Origin: Octopus sinensis
Lineage: Eukaryota
Direction of reading: 5' to 3'
DNA length: 64,000 nucleotides
Assembly: GCF_006345805.1 (NCBI RefSeq)
Contig: NC_043003.1
Coordinates: 88,350,001-88,414,000 of the forward strand
Both the position numbers and the translations under genes were made by a program. How positions within the stretch are numbered: position 1 is the first letter of the stretch; each line of letters starts with the position of its first letter. The notes under the pieces are model-generated. The model was not told the origin of the DNA. It did not search any database and saw only the letters and a program-made list of their open reading frames with translations. Of the stretch, positions 23,867-36,990 are shown one piece after another.

Positions 23867-24521
23867 TTGTCTCACATGAAGTGTTGCATTTGAAATAGGA
23901 AACATTAAAATTGTTTTTTAAGTTTTAGAATTTTTATTTATTTAATCAAAATATGATTCTTCTTCATTATGACCTTCATCTAACATTGTTCCAAGAATTT
24001 GTTATCTTTTACACTGATAAACTGTTTGAATGCTTCAATTACCTCTTCTTTATGTAAGAATGTTTTATTGCATATAGCAAGCTCAAAGTGTTTAAATATG
24101 TGATAATCAGTAGGAGAGATATCAGAAGAATAAGGAGGATGTGCCAAAGTTTCATAATTCAGGCTTTGCAACATGTGGACCATGGCTTGAGAAGTGTGAG
24201 GTCGTGCATTATCATGAAGCAAAATTGCGCCATCTCTATTCACTAATCTGGGTTGTTTCTTTTTTAATTTTTCGTGCATACAATCAATTTCCTGACAATA
24301 GGGTGTTGCTGTTACAATTTTTCCTTGTTGCAAAAATGAATAATAAATAACCCCCTTTGTTGGTCATCACACAATGACCATCAACTTTTTAGGGTGCAAC
24401 AGTGGTTTTTGGGTAGTGTTTTGGTGACTCTCCAGCATCTAATTACTGTCCTGTCCTCCTGCTGTTATCAAAGAGTGACCATTTCTCATCACACGTAATG
24501 AGTCAATACAAAAATAGTTCT

Positions 24522-24775
24522 ATGTTTAAGAGATGAGGAATTATGTTCATTATTTACATTTGACGGATATTTGCCCTCATCTTGTTTGTTGTTAACACAA
24601 TGTTTCAGCTGATATACCCTCCAGCCTTCATCAGGTGCCTTGGGAAATTTTGAACCTGGGTTCTCATTCCTAAAGTATTTTTCGATGTTGTTATTATTAT
24701 TATTACACAGGTCACTGCCTGGAATCAAATGCAGAATTTTGGGGTTAGTAGCCCGTGCTCTTAACCACTACGCCA
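24522..24775 (-). mobile_element. tRNA-head SINE family 3 carrying a hammerhead module (copy A)
   Basis: Head TGGCGTAGTGGTTAAGAGCACGGGCTACTAACCC..TTGATTCC, (AAT/AAC)n linker, HHR at 24594-24639. Confidence 0.8.
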
Positions 24776-24783
24776 CTGGCATA

Positions 24784-24883
24784 TGGCATAGTGGTTAAGA
24801 GCACGGACTACTAAGCCCAAGATTCCAAGCAGACTACTACTACTACCACCACCACCACCACCACCACCACCACCACCACCACC

Positions 24884-24949
<66 letters not shown>

Positions 24950-25095
24950 TTGAAAAATACCTTAGGAATGAGAACCCAGGTTTTAAATTTCCCCAAGACA
25001 CCTGATGAAGGCTGGAGGGTATATCAGCCGAAACGTGTTAACAACAAACAAGACGAGGACAAATATCTGTCAAATGTAAATAATGTAAATGATGA
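24784..25095 (+). mobile_element. tRNA-head SINE family 3 carrying a hammerhead module (copy B)
   Basis: Head TGGCATAGTGGTTAAGAGCACGGACTACTAAGCCC, expanded (TAC)(CAC)(CAA) linker, CTGATGA-A-GGCTG..CAGCC-GAAAC at 25002-25034. Confidence 0.8.
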
Positions 25096-25512
25096 ACAAA
25101 AATAGTTCTCTTTCCAGTTGAGATATCAACATAGAATACACTGTAAGGTGTTTGTTTCTTTGAATGTCATTAAGTTGATGGGGAACAAACCTATCCATCT
25201 TTTTGACTTCATGCATACAATTTTCTTCAAGTGTTGAGGAGTTGCAGGAGATGTCTGGAGCTCTGATCCGATTTTTCGGATAGTTGTTCTCAGATTTCAT
25301 TTAACCAAAGCATTGAATTCATCATGCCAAATAACTGATTTTGTTTTCCTCTTGGTTCATTTTTAAGGCTTTCATTTCCTGAATGAAATGCAGGAGAAAG
25401 GTTGTTTTCAGCCGATCTCCCTTGATACAATTATAAACATTATTATTAATTTAATGTATTAATTGCCTATAAACTTTTATAGCAAGCTGACTACTTGATA
25501 AAAATCATTATA

Positions 25513-25893
25513 GGTGCAGGAGTGGCTGTGTGGTAAGTAGCTTGCTAACCAACCACATGGTTCCAGGTTCAGTCCCACTGCGTGGCATCTTGGGCAAGTG
25601 TCTTCTGCTATAGCCCTGGGCCAACCGATGCCTTGTGAGTGGATTTGGTAGACGGAAACTGAAAGAAGCCTGTCGTATATATGTATATATATATATGTAT
25701 GTGTGTGTGTTTGTGTTTGTCCCCCTAGCATTGTGTGTTTACGTCCCCGTCACTTAGCATTTCAGCAAAAGAGACTGATAGAATAAGTACTGGGCTTACA
25801 AAGAATAAGTCCCGGGGTCGATTTGCTCGACTAAAGGCGGTGCTCCAGCATGGCCGCAGTCAACTGACTGAAACAAGTAAAAGAGTAAAAGAG
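25513..25893 (+). mobile_element. SINE family 1
   Basis: Near-identical to 13454-13915. Confidence 0.88.
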
Positions 25894-26081
25894 TAACATG
25901 ATTTTTATCCTTATATTCTTTTATGAATTAATAAATATATAATGCATGTATGTATGTATATATCTAAATCTATATGTATGAGTGTGTAGATATATATGTG
26001 TAAATATATATATAATGTATGTATGTATATATCTATGTATGTATGTATATATATATATATGTATGTATATATATATATATT

Positions 26082-26114
<33 letters not shown>

Positions 26115-26284
26115 GTATGTATATATATATTATATATGTATGTATATATATATATATACATACATATTTATATATATATGTGTATATATATTATATATAT
26201 GTATGTGTGTATATATTATATATTTATGTGCATATATATGTATGTATGTATATATATGTATGTATGTATATATATGTATGTATG

Positions 26285-26317
<33 letters not shown>

Positions 26318-26367
26318 TATATGTACGTATACACATATAAGCACGTACATATACAGGTATAGATAGG

Positions 26368-26460
26368 CACCTGGGGCAAGTGTCTTCTATTATAATCCAG
26401 GACCAACCAAAGCCTTGTGAGTAGATTTGGCAGATGGAAACTAAAAGAAGCCCACCACAT
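26368..26460 (+). mobile_element. SINE family 1 fragment
   Basis: ggcacctggggcaagtgtcttct..aaagccttgtgagtag. Confidence 0.7.
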
Positions 26461-26699
26461 ACATGTATGTATGTGCATGTATATATGTAGGTATGTTGAT
26501 ATGTTATATATGGACACATACATACACACACACACACATACAAATACAAATGAACATATTTATATATACTTATGTGCACTTATATGTATATGTGTGTGTG
26601 CATGTGTGTATATACATACATATATATATATATATGTTATAATTTAGAAAAAACAGTAAAAGTTTGTCATTATAGTAATCAGAATATCAAATGTCAGAG

Positions 26700-27700
26700 C
26701 AAAAAGCTAAGATACATTCTCATTGGCTATGAAAGGTTACAGATGCTTTGTTATTCAGATTTACTAATGGGGAGGAGGGGTTAGTTTTAATTTATAGACT
26801 AGTTAATCAAGTCTAATAAATACTAGAATCTATCCTTTATGGATAGGGTAAAAAAAGACAGTTTAAGTGGCAGAGTCATAAATCAAGATTTCTTGAAGTA
26901 AAAACCATTTGGTTCAGTAAGAATATACTTCAGCTAAGTTAGCAGGCTAATGCTAGTGGGTTAGGGAGAGTAAAACATATAGCATTAACTATTTGACAAT
27001 TATAAAAGCAGTGTTATTTATAAATACATAGGTACATTTTAGAGTTGTTTCAAAAAACAATAAGAAGAATATTTCAGAATATTTCCAGTGTTATCAAAAG
27101 ATTTTACACAATAGAGGGATGGAGAATATAGAAATAATTCCATATTTATATATTTCTACACTAACTTAATATATATTTATTGATAATTATTAAATAGTAA
27201 TTTTTGGTATTAGTAAAGGAAAGTTAAGTTAAAGGAATATGTTAACAATTTATATATTATATGTTAATAATTTTATTTAGAGCATATTTTTTATATTATA
27301 GAATAAACAGTGAATTATACCAGTATAGTTTTATATAAGTTGAGTATGAAGTTTAGAGATATATTTTAAATAAAATGATATAGTGAGTAAATAGGTAAGA
27401 AATTGGTTTGAAATTAAAGTAAAGAAATAAAAATGAATATAATAAAAATATAAATCTTTGTAGAATGTTATAGACAATGAGTTAAACAGATTTGTGTTCC
27501 AAAAACTTATTATAAGATATACTTAGCTTATTTATATTAATAGGTAAGGTAAGTTGTTGGAAGAAATTTTATGATTTTATAATTTTTAGACTAAAAATCA
27601 TATTTACTTATCATGAGAATATCTATAAAAGACTAGTGTTTAATGTCGGGTAAAGAAATGATCAAGTTATTGGACAAAAATTGTATTATTAACAAAACTT
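26700..27700 (-). pseudogene. Possible ancient degenerate LINE RT remnant
   Basis: Minus-strand PTSISLL..ILTEPNGF is loosely like RT domains 1-2; many stops. Confidence 0.2.
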
Positions 27701-27722
27701 TTTTCTAGAATTATGGGTTTTA

Positions 27723-30250
27723 TTATCATCATCATCGTTTAACGTCCGTTTTCCGCGCTAGCACGGGTTGGATAGTTTGACCGGGGTCTGGGAAGCCAGG
27801 GGCTGCACCAGGCTACAGTCTAATCTGGCAGCATTTCTACAGCTGGATGCCCTTCCTATAGCCAACCACTCCGCGAGTGTAGTGGGTGCTTTTTACGTGC
27901 CACCGGCATAGGTGCCAGGGGAGTCTGGCATCGACAACAATCGGTTGATGCTTTTAACGTGCCACTGGCACAGAAGCCAGTCGAGGCGGCGCTGGCATTG
28001 GCCACGTTCGGATGGTGCTTTTTATGTGCCACCGGCACAGGTATCACAACTACTATTTCCATTGATATTTATTTCGATGTTCATGTACTTGACTCAACAG
28101 GTCTCCTCAAGCACAGCGGGATGTTCTGGAATCCAAGGTACTTTGAATGGGCAGGGGCTATGCGGAGCTGGTGGAGGAAGCAGCCCGGGTCTTTGCAGTC
28201 ACAACATATCTCCAGAGATCTCGGTCCTTCGTCATTGCCTCAGTGAGACCCAGCGATCTGAGGTCATGCTTGACTACCTCATCCCATGTCTTCCTGGATC
28301 TAGCTCTCCTCCTGATACCTTCAACTGTTTGGGAGCAGCACTTCTTCACACATCCCTCCTCATCCATCCGCAGTACATGACCATACCATCGCAAGCGTCG
28401 CTCTTGCACACCACATCTGATGCTTCTTATGTCCAGCATTTCTCTCAGGGTGCTTACCCTCTGTCGTGCGCGCACACTGACATTGCACATCCAGCAGATT
28501 ATGCTAGCTTCATTTCTTTCAAGTCTACGCATGTCTTCCGCAGTCACGGCCCATGTTTCACTACCGTGAAGCATGGCATTTTGCACACATACATCATACA
28601 ATCTACCTTTCACTCTGAGCGAGAGACCCTTTGTCGCCAGTAGGGGTAGGAGCTTTCTAAACTTTGCCCAGGCTATTCGTATTCTAGTGGTGACACACTC
28701 TGAGCATCCACCTCCACTACTAACTTGGTCACCCAGGTAGCGGAAACTATCAACTACTTCTAGTTTCTCCCCCTGGAGTGTGATGGAATCTGTTTTCTGA
28801 GTATCTGTGGTGTCTATTGTCCCTGGGCATCTGCTGCACATGAAAGCTATCTTATCAGTTAATTTCCCTTTGATGTTGCTGCACCTCTTATGCGTCCATA
28901 GCTTACACTGGGAACATCTTAAAGAGTTTCTACCTACACCTTTCCTACAGATCGAGCAGGGCCACCTGCCCGAGGGTGTGTGTGCTGAGTTCAACTTTCT
29001 GCTAACTATAACTTTGGTCTTTGCTACATTTACTCTAAGGCCCTTTGATTCTAACCCTTGCTTCCACACCTGAAATTTCTTTTCTAGTTCCGGTAGTGAT
29101 TCTGCTATGAGAGCCAGGTCTTCAGCATAGTGGAGCTCCCATGGGCAACCTGTTTTGAATTCCTCTGTTATTGCCTGGAGGACTATGATGAATAAAAGGG
29201 GACTGAGGGCTGAGCCTTGGTGTACACCTACTTCTACCCGGAATTCTTCACTATATTCGTTGCCAATTCTAACCTTGCTGACAGCCTCTCTGTATAGGGC
29301 CTTATTAGCCATTCGTCTCCAGTTTCCGCATCGGGCACCAGATAAGGGATCGGGGGACCCAGTCAAAGGCTTTCTCCAAGTCCACAAAAGCTATGTAGAG
29401 GGGTTTATCTTTAGCTAGGTACTTCTCCTGCAGTTGTCAGACCAGGAATATAGCATCAGTAGTGCTTCTACCCGGCACAAAACTGAACTGCATCTCATCT
29501 AAGCAAATTCTCTCCCTAATGAGATGGGTTATGACCCTCTCTGTGACCTTCATCACCTGATCTAACAGCTTAATACCCATGTAGTTATTTCTATCTAGAG
29601 CATCACCCTTACCCTTATAGCAGTTGACTATGGTGCTGCTACGCCAGTCATTGGGTATGACTCCATTATGCACTACCTGGTTTACAATGCAGGTGACTAG
29701 GCCATAGCCCACATAACCAGCTGTTTTAAGCATCTCAGCAGCGATTCCTGATGGGTCGGGGGCTTTACCTGGTTTCATACCCTTAATTGCCTTAATAACA
29801 AGGGAGCTGTCTATTCGGATAGCTGGTCCCTCTACTGGGTCAACATTTGGCAGGCTCTCCTCCTCCCATTCATTCTCCACATTTAGCAGTTTTTCATAAT
29901 GGCTTCTCCAAGCCTCTTTCTTTTCTCCAACATTAAAAGCAAGTGCCCCATCATCCATGCGGACACATTTCTCTCCTGTAACATCACTATTTTCTCTCAC
30001 ACACTGTCTAGCAATCCGAAATACCTCAGTTCTTTGGTCCTCACGTTGCTGGACATTGGCAAACTTCATCTTTTCTGCTACATCTTTGGCTATGTATACC
30101 TGCGCCCAACCTCCCTTTTGGCTACCTGGAACAGTTCCCTGCTACCCCCATCACTCCAGGCTTTCCAGGCCTGTTTCTTTGCTCTAATGGCTTTGTCTAC
30201 TGCACTATTCCACCACCACGTAACTCTAGGTCTGAAAGGGACTTTGCACC
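27723..30250 (-). mobile_element. RTE LINE, 5'-truncated, RT-PHD-thumb
   Basis: ORFs 29437-30069 and 28158-29387 (HQGSALSPLLF, HYAED, PHD); (GAT)n tail at about 27723. Confidence 0.93.
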
Positions 30251-30356
30251 ATCCTATACACACATATATGCATATATATATACATATATATATAAATGTA
30301 TATTCATATATGTATATATATGTATATACATATGTGTATATATATGTATATACATA

Positions 30357-30398
<42 letters not shown>

Positions 30399-30532
30399 CA
30401 CATATATATATATGTATGATGATGATGATGATATATATGTATATATATGTATATATATATATGTATATATATCTATGTATATACATATATATACATATAT
30501 ATATGTATATATATACATATATATACATACAC

Positions 30533-30894
30533 TCTCAGCATACACGCCCCCGCTACTGACTTGGTCACCTAGGTAACGGAAGCTATCAACTATTTCTAGT
30601 TTTTCTCCCTGGAATGTGGCAGAAGTTGGTCTCAGAGCATTTTCAGTGTTTATTGCTCCTGAGCATCTGCCACATACATAAACTATCTTCCTTGTTAGCC
30701 TTCCTTTGACATTGCTGCACCTCTTATGTGTCCATAGCTTGCACTTGGTGCATCTTATAGAGTTTCTACCTACACCTTTTCTACAGATCGAGCAACGCTA
30801 TCTACCTGAAGGCGTTTGTGATTTGTTTACCTTCCTACTTATTAGGACTTTGGTTTTAGCTAGATTAACTCTAAGGCCCTTCGATTCTAATCCT

Positions 30895-30895
<1 letters not shown>
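30533..30895 (-). mobile_element. RTE fragment (PHD region)
   Basis: Homologous to 45060-45400. Confidence 0.85.
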
Positions 30896-30927
<32 letters not shown>

Positions 30928-30949
30928 AATTATATATATATATTATATA

Positions 30950-31310
30950 CTAGCACTATGACCCAGCAATGTCGAGTCATAGTGCTAGTGCATGCATATA
31001 CAGCTGCGTGCGTGTGCACATACATGCGAGTACTATCGAAATCTCCAACCAGTCACATACAGCTAGCTGGCATTCAATTGACGTATCAAGTTTCGGGCAT
31101 TATGATTGGGTTTTGGATAGAAAATTCACAAAAAAGTCACTTCTATTGATTTTTTAATGGCTTTGCGGGGTGACTGGGGAAATGTAAAGATGTGAATGAT
31201 CACCCTTGGATGGTTTTGAATGACCATAGAAAGTGCGAGCCCTCTAACTGAAAAATTGTGGATTTGTTTTAAAGACACACACACAAACATTTTGCTGTTT
31301 ATATATATAT
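30950..31310 (-). mobile_element. Non-autonomous Helitron-like element
   Basis: Minus-strand 5' TATATATAAACAGC..(TG)n, 3' CTAG|T, terminal hairpin 30949-30989. Confidence 0.55.
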
Positions 31311-31438
31311 ATACATATTATATATATACATATATATATATATATATTATACATATATATATTATTATTTATATATATATATATATCTTATTTATATATA
31401 TACATATATATATATATATATCTTATTTATATATATAC

Positions 31439-31573
<135 letters not shown>

Positions 31574-31686
31574 CATAATAATAATTATTTGAGGGAATAT
31601 TATTCCTAACTTACAAGGTGAAATTCAATTTATAAATACTAAATCAAATTTAACAAAATATAATATATATATATATATATATATAT

Positions 31687-31923
31687 AAATTAGAAAAAAA
31701 CACCTTTTATCAATTCAAAATGAACAATTAAATTATACCATCTAGAAAATTACATATAAGAGAAATATTAAAATTAAAATAACAATAATATACTGATGAT
31801 TACTTAATCATCGGTATATTATCGTTATTTTAATTTTAATATTTCTCTTATATGTAATTTTCTAGATGGTGTAATTTAATTGTTCATTTTGAATTGATGA
31901 AAGGGGTTTTTTTTTCTAATTTT
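31687..31923. repeat. About 235-bp AT-rich palindrome, 2-nt spacer
   Basis: Arms 31687-31802 and 31805-31923 with a few mismatches. Confidence 0.9.
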
Positions 31924-32222
31924 TATATATATATTACATATATAAATATATATATATATAATATATATATATATATGATATATATATATATATGATATAT
32001 ATATATATCATATATATATATCATATATATATATATTATTATATATATGATATATATATGATATATGTACCAATTAAGGACTGAACACGAAAAGTGGACA
32101 GTCAACATGCTAGATATAGACGTCAAATCGCCATTCACCACAAAAGATTATGTTCTCAGATCAAACTCAACACAAAACCATAGCAATAAACAAGTGAAAA
32201 ATATACGAAATAAATAATTACC

Positions 32223-32284
32223 CATGTACTAATTAGTTTCAGCTGTTATTTTCCGCAAGGAAAACTGCAGCCATCATCAGCATG
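32223..32284 (-). ncRNA. Mirror copy of the hammerhead ribozyme
   Basis: Exact reverse complement of 32281-32342. Confidence 0.8.
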
Positions 32285-32342
32285 CTGATGATGGCTGCAG
32301 TTTTCCTTGCGGAAAATAACAGCTGAAACTAATTAGTACATG
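32281..32342 (+). ncRNA. Type I hammerhead ribozyme, intact core
   Basis: CATG-CTGATGA-T-GGCTG..TTTTCC ttgc GGAAAA..CAGCT-GAAAC-TAATTA-GTA-CATG. ACTAATTAGT is a 10-bp palindrome. Confidence 0.82.
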
Positions 32343-32884
32343 GATAATTATTTTATTTCGTATATTTTTCACTTGTTTATTGCTATGGTTTTGTGTTGAG
32401 TTTGATCTGAGAACATAATCTTTTGTGGTGAATGGCGATTTGACGTCTATATCTAGCATGTTGACTGTCCACTTTTCGTGTTCAGTCCTTAATTGGTATA
32501 TATAAATATTTTAATCTTCGGATTCTTTTTTAATATGCTAGACCACTGGTCTTAATTGATAAATATCAATTTCTACCCTTAATTAATTTTATATGATATA
32601 TGTATATCATATATATATTATATAGATATATCATATATATTTCATATATATATTATATATGTATATCATATATATATATATATCATATATATATCATATA
32701 TATATATATATATATATAATATATATATATATATATAGATATATATAGATGTATCATATATATATATATATATTTTATATATATATATATTATTTATTTA
32801 TTTATTATCATATATATATATTTATATCATATATATATTTTATATATATATTATTATTTATTTATTTATTTAATTAATTTATTT

Positions 32885-32990
32885 TGACTGGCCTGGTGCA
32901 GCCTTCGGGCTTCCCAGACCCCAGTTGAACCGTCCAACCCATGCTAGCATGGAAAGCGGACGTTAAACGATGATGATGATGATGATGATT
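32885..32990 (+). mobile_element. RTE 3' tip
   Basis: gactggcctggtgcagcc..ttaaacgatgatgat. Confidence 0.85.
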
Positions 32991-35900
32991 ATGTAGTTTC
33001 AGCTCATGAGCTGTGGCCATCTGGGACACCTGACAGGAAGAGATCCAGGTTTATTTTAAAGACATCAGCATCCACCCCATGCAGGTCTCTCAGGTCCTTC
33101 AGGAGGATATTGAAGAGCTGTGGACCTCTGAAGCTCAGGCTACCACAGTATCTTGTCCTACATCTTGATGGCAAATTTGGAGTCCTTGGCACTATGCAGT
33201 GGCGCCCAGTTCTAGCATTTGTGTAACTCTCGATGCCAAAGTTTGGGACAAGTCCTTGTAGGATCTTCCAGATGTATATTATGGCATATCTTTCTCGCCT
33301 ACGCTCTAAGGAATAGAGTCTTAATCTCTTGAGTCTTTTCCAGTAGCTTATTTGCTGCACAGAGGCTACCTTCATCGTGTAGCTTCGTTGGATCGCCTCA
33401 AGTTCTGTGATTAACTTGACACTGGATGGTGACCATAGCTGAGAGCAATAGTCAAAGTGGCTTAGGACAAGTGTCCTCCAGAGGACCATCATGGTTTCCT
33501 GGTCTCTTGTTCTAAAGGTTCTAAGAATACATCCGGTCAGCTGCCTACATTTCATTGCCAATTTAGCAACATGCACATGAAAGGTTGCATCATCACGCAT
33601 GTAAATATCCAGGTCTCGCACTGATTGTGCCTCTGGGATTGCAATCCCTCCAGGTCCAGTGTATTTATTGGGTATTGCATGATGATAGCACAAGGCTTGA
33701 AACTTTTCAGCATTGAATTGCATGCTATTCTTTTCAGCCCACTTGTATATTCTGTTCAGCTCACATTGCAGGTGCTTAGTGTCTTCAGGGTTCTGTATTG
33801 CCTGTGAAACTTTTGTATCATCTGCATAACTTGTGATCATGGCTCTCTGCGTGGCTGAGGGCATGTCTGAGAGGGCCATTATGAACAGTAGTGGTCCCAA
33901 AACAGTGCCCTGCGGAACACCGCTCACTATTTGCGTGTTAATGGAGGTGGCCCCATTGGCTACTACCACCTCACTTCTATCCTTCAGAAAGTCATGAAGC
34001 CATTCTCCCAATTCTCCAACTATGCCAAGATCACGCAGTTTGTGACATATCATTCCATGATCGACTTTATCATAGGCCTTTGCAAAGTCGAGATATATCA
34101 TTTCCACATTTGAGTGGTTGAGCAGTTGTTTCAGCACCCAGTCATAGTGTCGTAAGAGCTGAGTTAGGCAGTTCCTTCCTGGTCGGAAACCATGTTGGGT
34201 GTCAGGCAGCAAGTTATTTTCTTCAAGGAAGGTGATTAGTTTCCTTCTGACTATTCGTTCCATGACCTTGCTGATGTGTGAGGTGAGAGAGATAGGTCTG
34301 TAGTTCTTGGCCTCCACTCTGCTACCTCCTTTATGAATAGGGCATATTTTACCTTCCTTCAGTTTTCTTGGAAGTTTGCCAGTTGCAAGGAAGCTCTGAA
34401 AAAGAGACTGCAGTGGTTTTGCTAGGGCTCTCTTACATGCTTTTAGAAGGATTGCCGGAAATCCATCGGGGCCAGTAGCTGAGTTTGGGTTCATTTCATC
34501 TATAGCCCTTATTATATCGTCTTCCTTTATATTGATGTAATCAATCATCATTGCCTCATTTTTATATCTGCAGGGGTAAAGACGTCAGTTGGATTGCTGA
34601 CTTGAAAATGCCCTAGGGGTGGAGTGAAAATACTCTTTAGTATTTCGCTTATCCTCATTGGATTTCCTGAGTGTACCATCCTTTTCAAGGAGTGGCCCTA
34701 TCCTACAGTGCACCATAGCTGTTTCTTTGGCAAACTTGTAGAAAGCTCTGGGGTTAGATTTTAGGTTGTCTATAGACCAGGCTTCTTTGTCTGCTCTTTC
34801 TTTTTCATGGGAGAGTTGCAGACATTTTTCAATTTCCAACAGTTTTATTTTCAGGCGGGACTTTCCATTGCTTTCAATTTGTTTGGTTAGGCGATTTGAA
34901 ACTTTTGTACGCCGTCTCATAAGAATTTTCCTCTCTCTGGGGATTTTGTTCTTGTGTACAGTGGCCTTTCTCTCTGGGACACATTTGTAGCATATGGCTT
35001 GCATTACAGACATGAATTGTTGAAGTTTCACGTTGATGTCTGGCGAGGAGAGACATTCAGGCCAGTTTTGTTTGAGGATCTCTTTCTCAATTTGTTCCCA
35101 GTTTGCCTTATGGAAGTTCAAGCTGGAAAGATTCTGAGATTTTCTTGTAGACTGCATGTCTATGCTTTCCTTTGGCCCGTACATGGTCAGCTCTACCATG
35201 TTGTGATCCGAGAGTAGTGTCGGTATCACTTTCACATTATGGATGAGATCCATATTATTTGTGAAGCAGAGATCCAGTATGTTACCTGCCCTGGTTGGTT
35301 GGAGTATTATTTTCTCCATGTACAGAGTGTTGATGAGGTTCAGGAGGGACCTCCTCTGTCCTCGTTCGCATCGTGTCATTCCTGGGAGAGTAAGGCCCTC
35401 GGGCCATCTGACATTGGGCAGATTGAAGTCTCCCATAAGGAGTACATTTTTTGTGTTGTTCTAATGTGACTAGAACTTCTATTTTTATAAGGCAGTCTTC
35501 AAACTTGCCTACACCAAGTTGCCCTATATGTACAATTAGTGTGTCACACACCGAATTTGAGTATGACAAAAGGATCTGGGGTGTGAGGTCCTCGCGGATG
35601 TACATAGCAACTCCACCATGACTCCTTTCTTTTCTGTCAGTCCGTAATACAACATACTGTGGTATGTGTATTTCCACATCTGCTATGTCCAGTTTCAGGT
35701 GTGTTTCCGTAAGTGCTATGCAACAAGGTCTCCCAAGAAAGGGATTTTTGTCCTGTTACTGAGTGTTAGCAGTCCTCTGATGTTCAGTCGGGGCATCAAG
35801 GTGATGTGTGTGTTGTTGCCAGTGGTGTCCACCTTGGGTCTATTTGCTGTGGCGGTCTTGTGTATTGTGGACAGTCCCATCTGCGAGTTCGAGTTTGATG

Positions 35901-36990
35901 GAGCCAGGTTAGCTGCTGTACAATCTTTTGTGCCATGCACAAAAAAGATTCTTGTTCAGCAGCTGCCCTTTCAATAACATGTTGATGGTTTGTAACACGC
36001 ACTACATCTGCGTACCTCTGTTTTGGGGCAGGTGGTGCGTAGTCCTTTCCTTTTCCTTTTGGCAGTTGGTTTCTGCCCTGTTTCATGTTTAATTGGCAGG
36101 GTCTTTGGTGTGCAAGACAGCAGCCTGCACCTTCCTCTCCGTGCCAGCAGACATCTTTCAGGTAGAATTTACACATTCGTTTGTGCTGTCTCTTTCTATC
36201 CTTTTTGGTATATGGATAGTCAGGTTTGCTTCTATCCTTGGCTGTTTCATCTTTTGGTTTTGTCTGAGTTTTAGTTTTTCCTTCTTTGGCTGTTTCATCT
36301 TTTGTTTTTCTTTTAGTTTTTCCTTTTACTTCTTTTTTGGCTCTTTCATCTCCATGGTTTTGACTTTTGATGCTGGTAGGGGCACTTGCACTTGGGTTTA
36401 CTTCCCGGGCAGGTTTCTCACTTGAATCTTCTTTGTTGTCCTGGGTGTCTACCAAGTGGGGGTGACATCTTTCATTAGCACCCGTGCCTCCATCCTTGTC
36501 ATCTTTTGTTTGTTGTCAAAGGTGGCATCAAGCATGCTGATGTGGGATCTTATGAGTGCATAGGAGCGTATAAACTTCTGCTTCTTTAGCTCTATCTGTG
36601 CCAACGTCCTTGTGTATCCATTGCTCTTCAGCGCAGCTGTAATTACGTTGTTCGGACTATCTTCGTCGGTGTATCCCAGGCTCTCAAGAACAATGCCAAT
36701 TCCATGCTCCTCCAGGTTCTGAACATTTTTTTTTAGATATTTTATTTATTTATCTAATTATATTTAAAATTTAACAGTGTGATAGAGGGTAGAGAAGAAA
36801 TGGAGAAAGAAAGTGTCTATGTATTTAGAGAGAAGTGGAGAAGTGAAGAGACAGAGAAGGAGGTGTGAAGGAGAGAAGTGAAGAGACAGAGAAAAGGCGT
36901 GAAGGAGAGAAGTGAAGAGACAGAGAGAGAAAGAAATGAAAGAGAGGGGGTTAAGCAACAAATAAATATATATATATATATATATAGGAC
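32990..36990 (-). mobile_element. CR1/L2-group LINE family F, near full length, disrupted (5' UTR, ORF1, APE, RT)
   Basis: RT ORF 33004-34551 (YRPISLTS, YLDFAKAYD, PQGTVLGPLLF, YADD), APE 34585-35940, ORF1 35796-36727. Confidence 0.92.

Larger units (their letters stand above)
23862..25440 (-). mobile_element. Decayed mariner (DD34D) transposon split by the SINE dimer
   Basis: FVPHQLN (25070-25300), ITCDEKW (about 24480), LLHDNARPH, HPPYSSDISPTDYHIF. TA-TTAGTTG terminus near 23862; other end uncertain. Confidence 0.88.
32068..32498. repeat. About 430-bp near-perfect spacerless palindrome
   Basis: Axis CATG at 32281-32284; about 1 indel and 1 substitution between the arms by eye. Confidence 0.95.
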
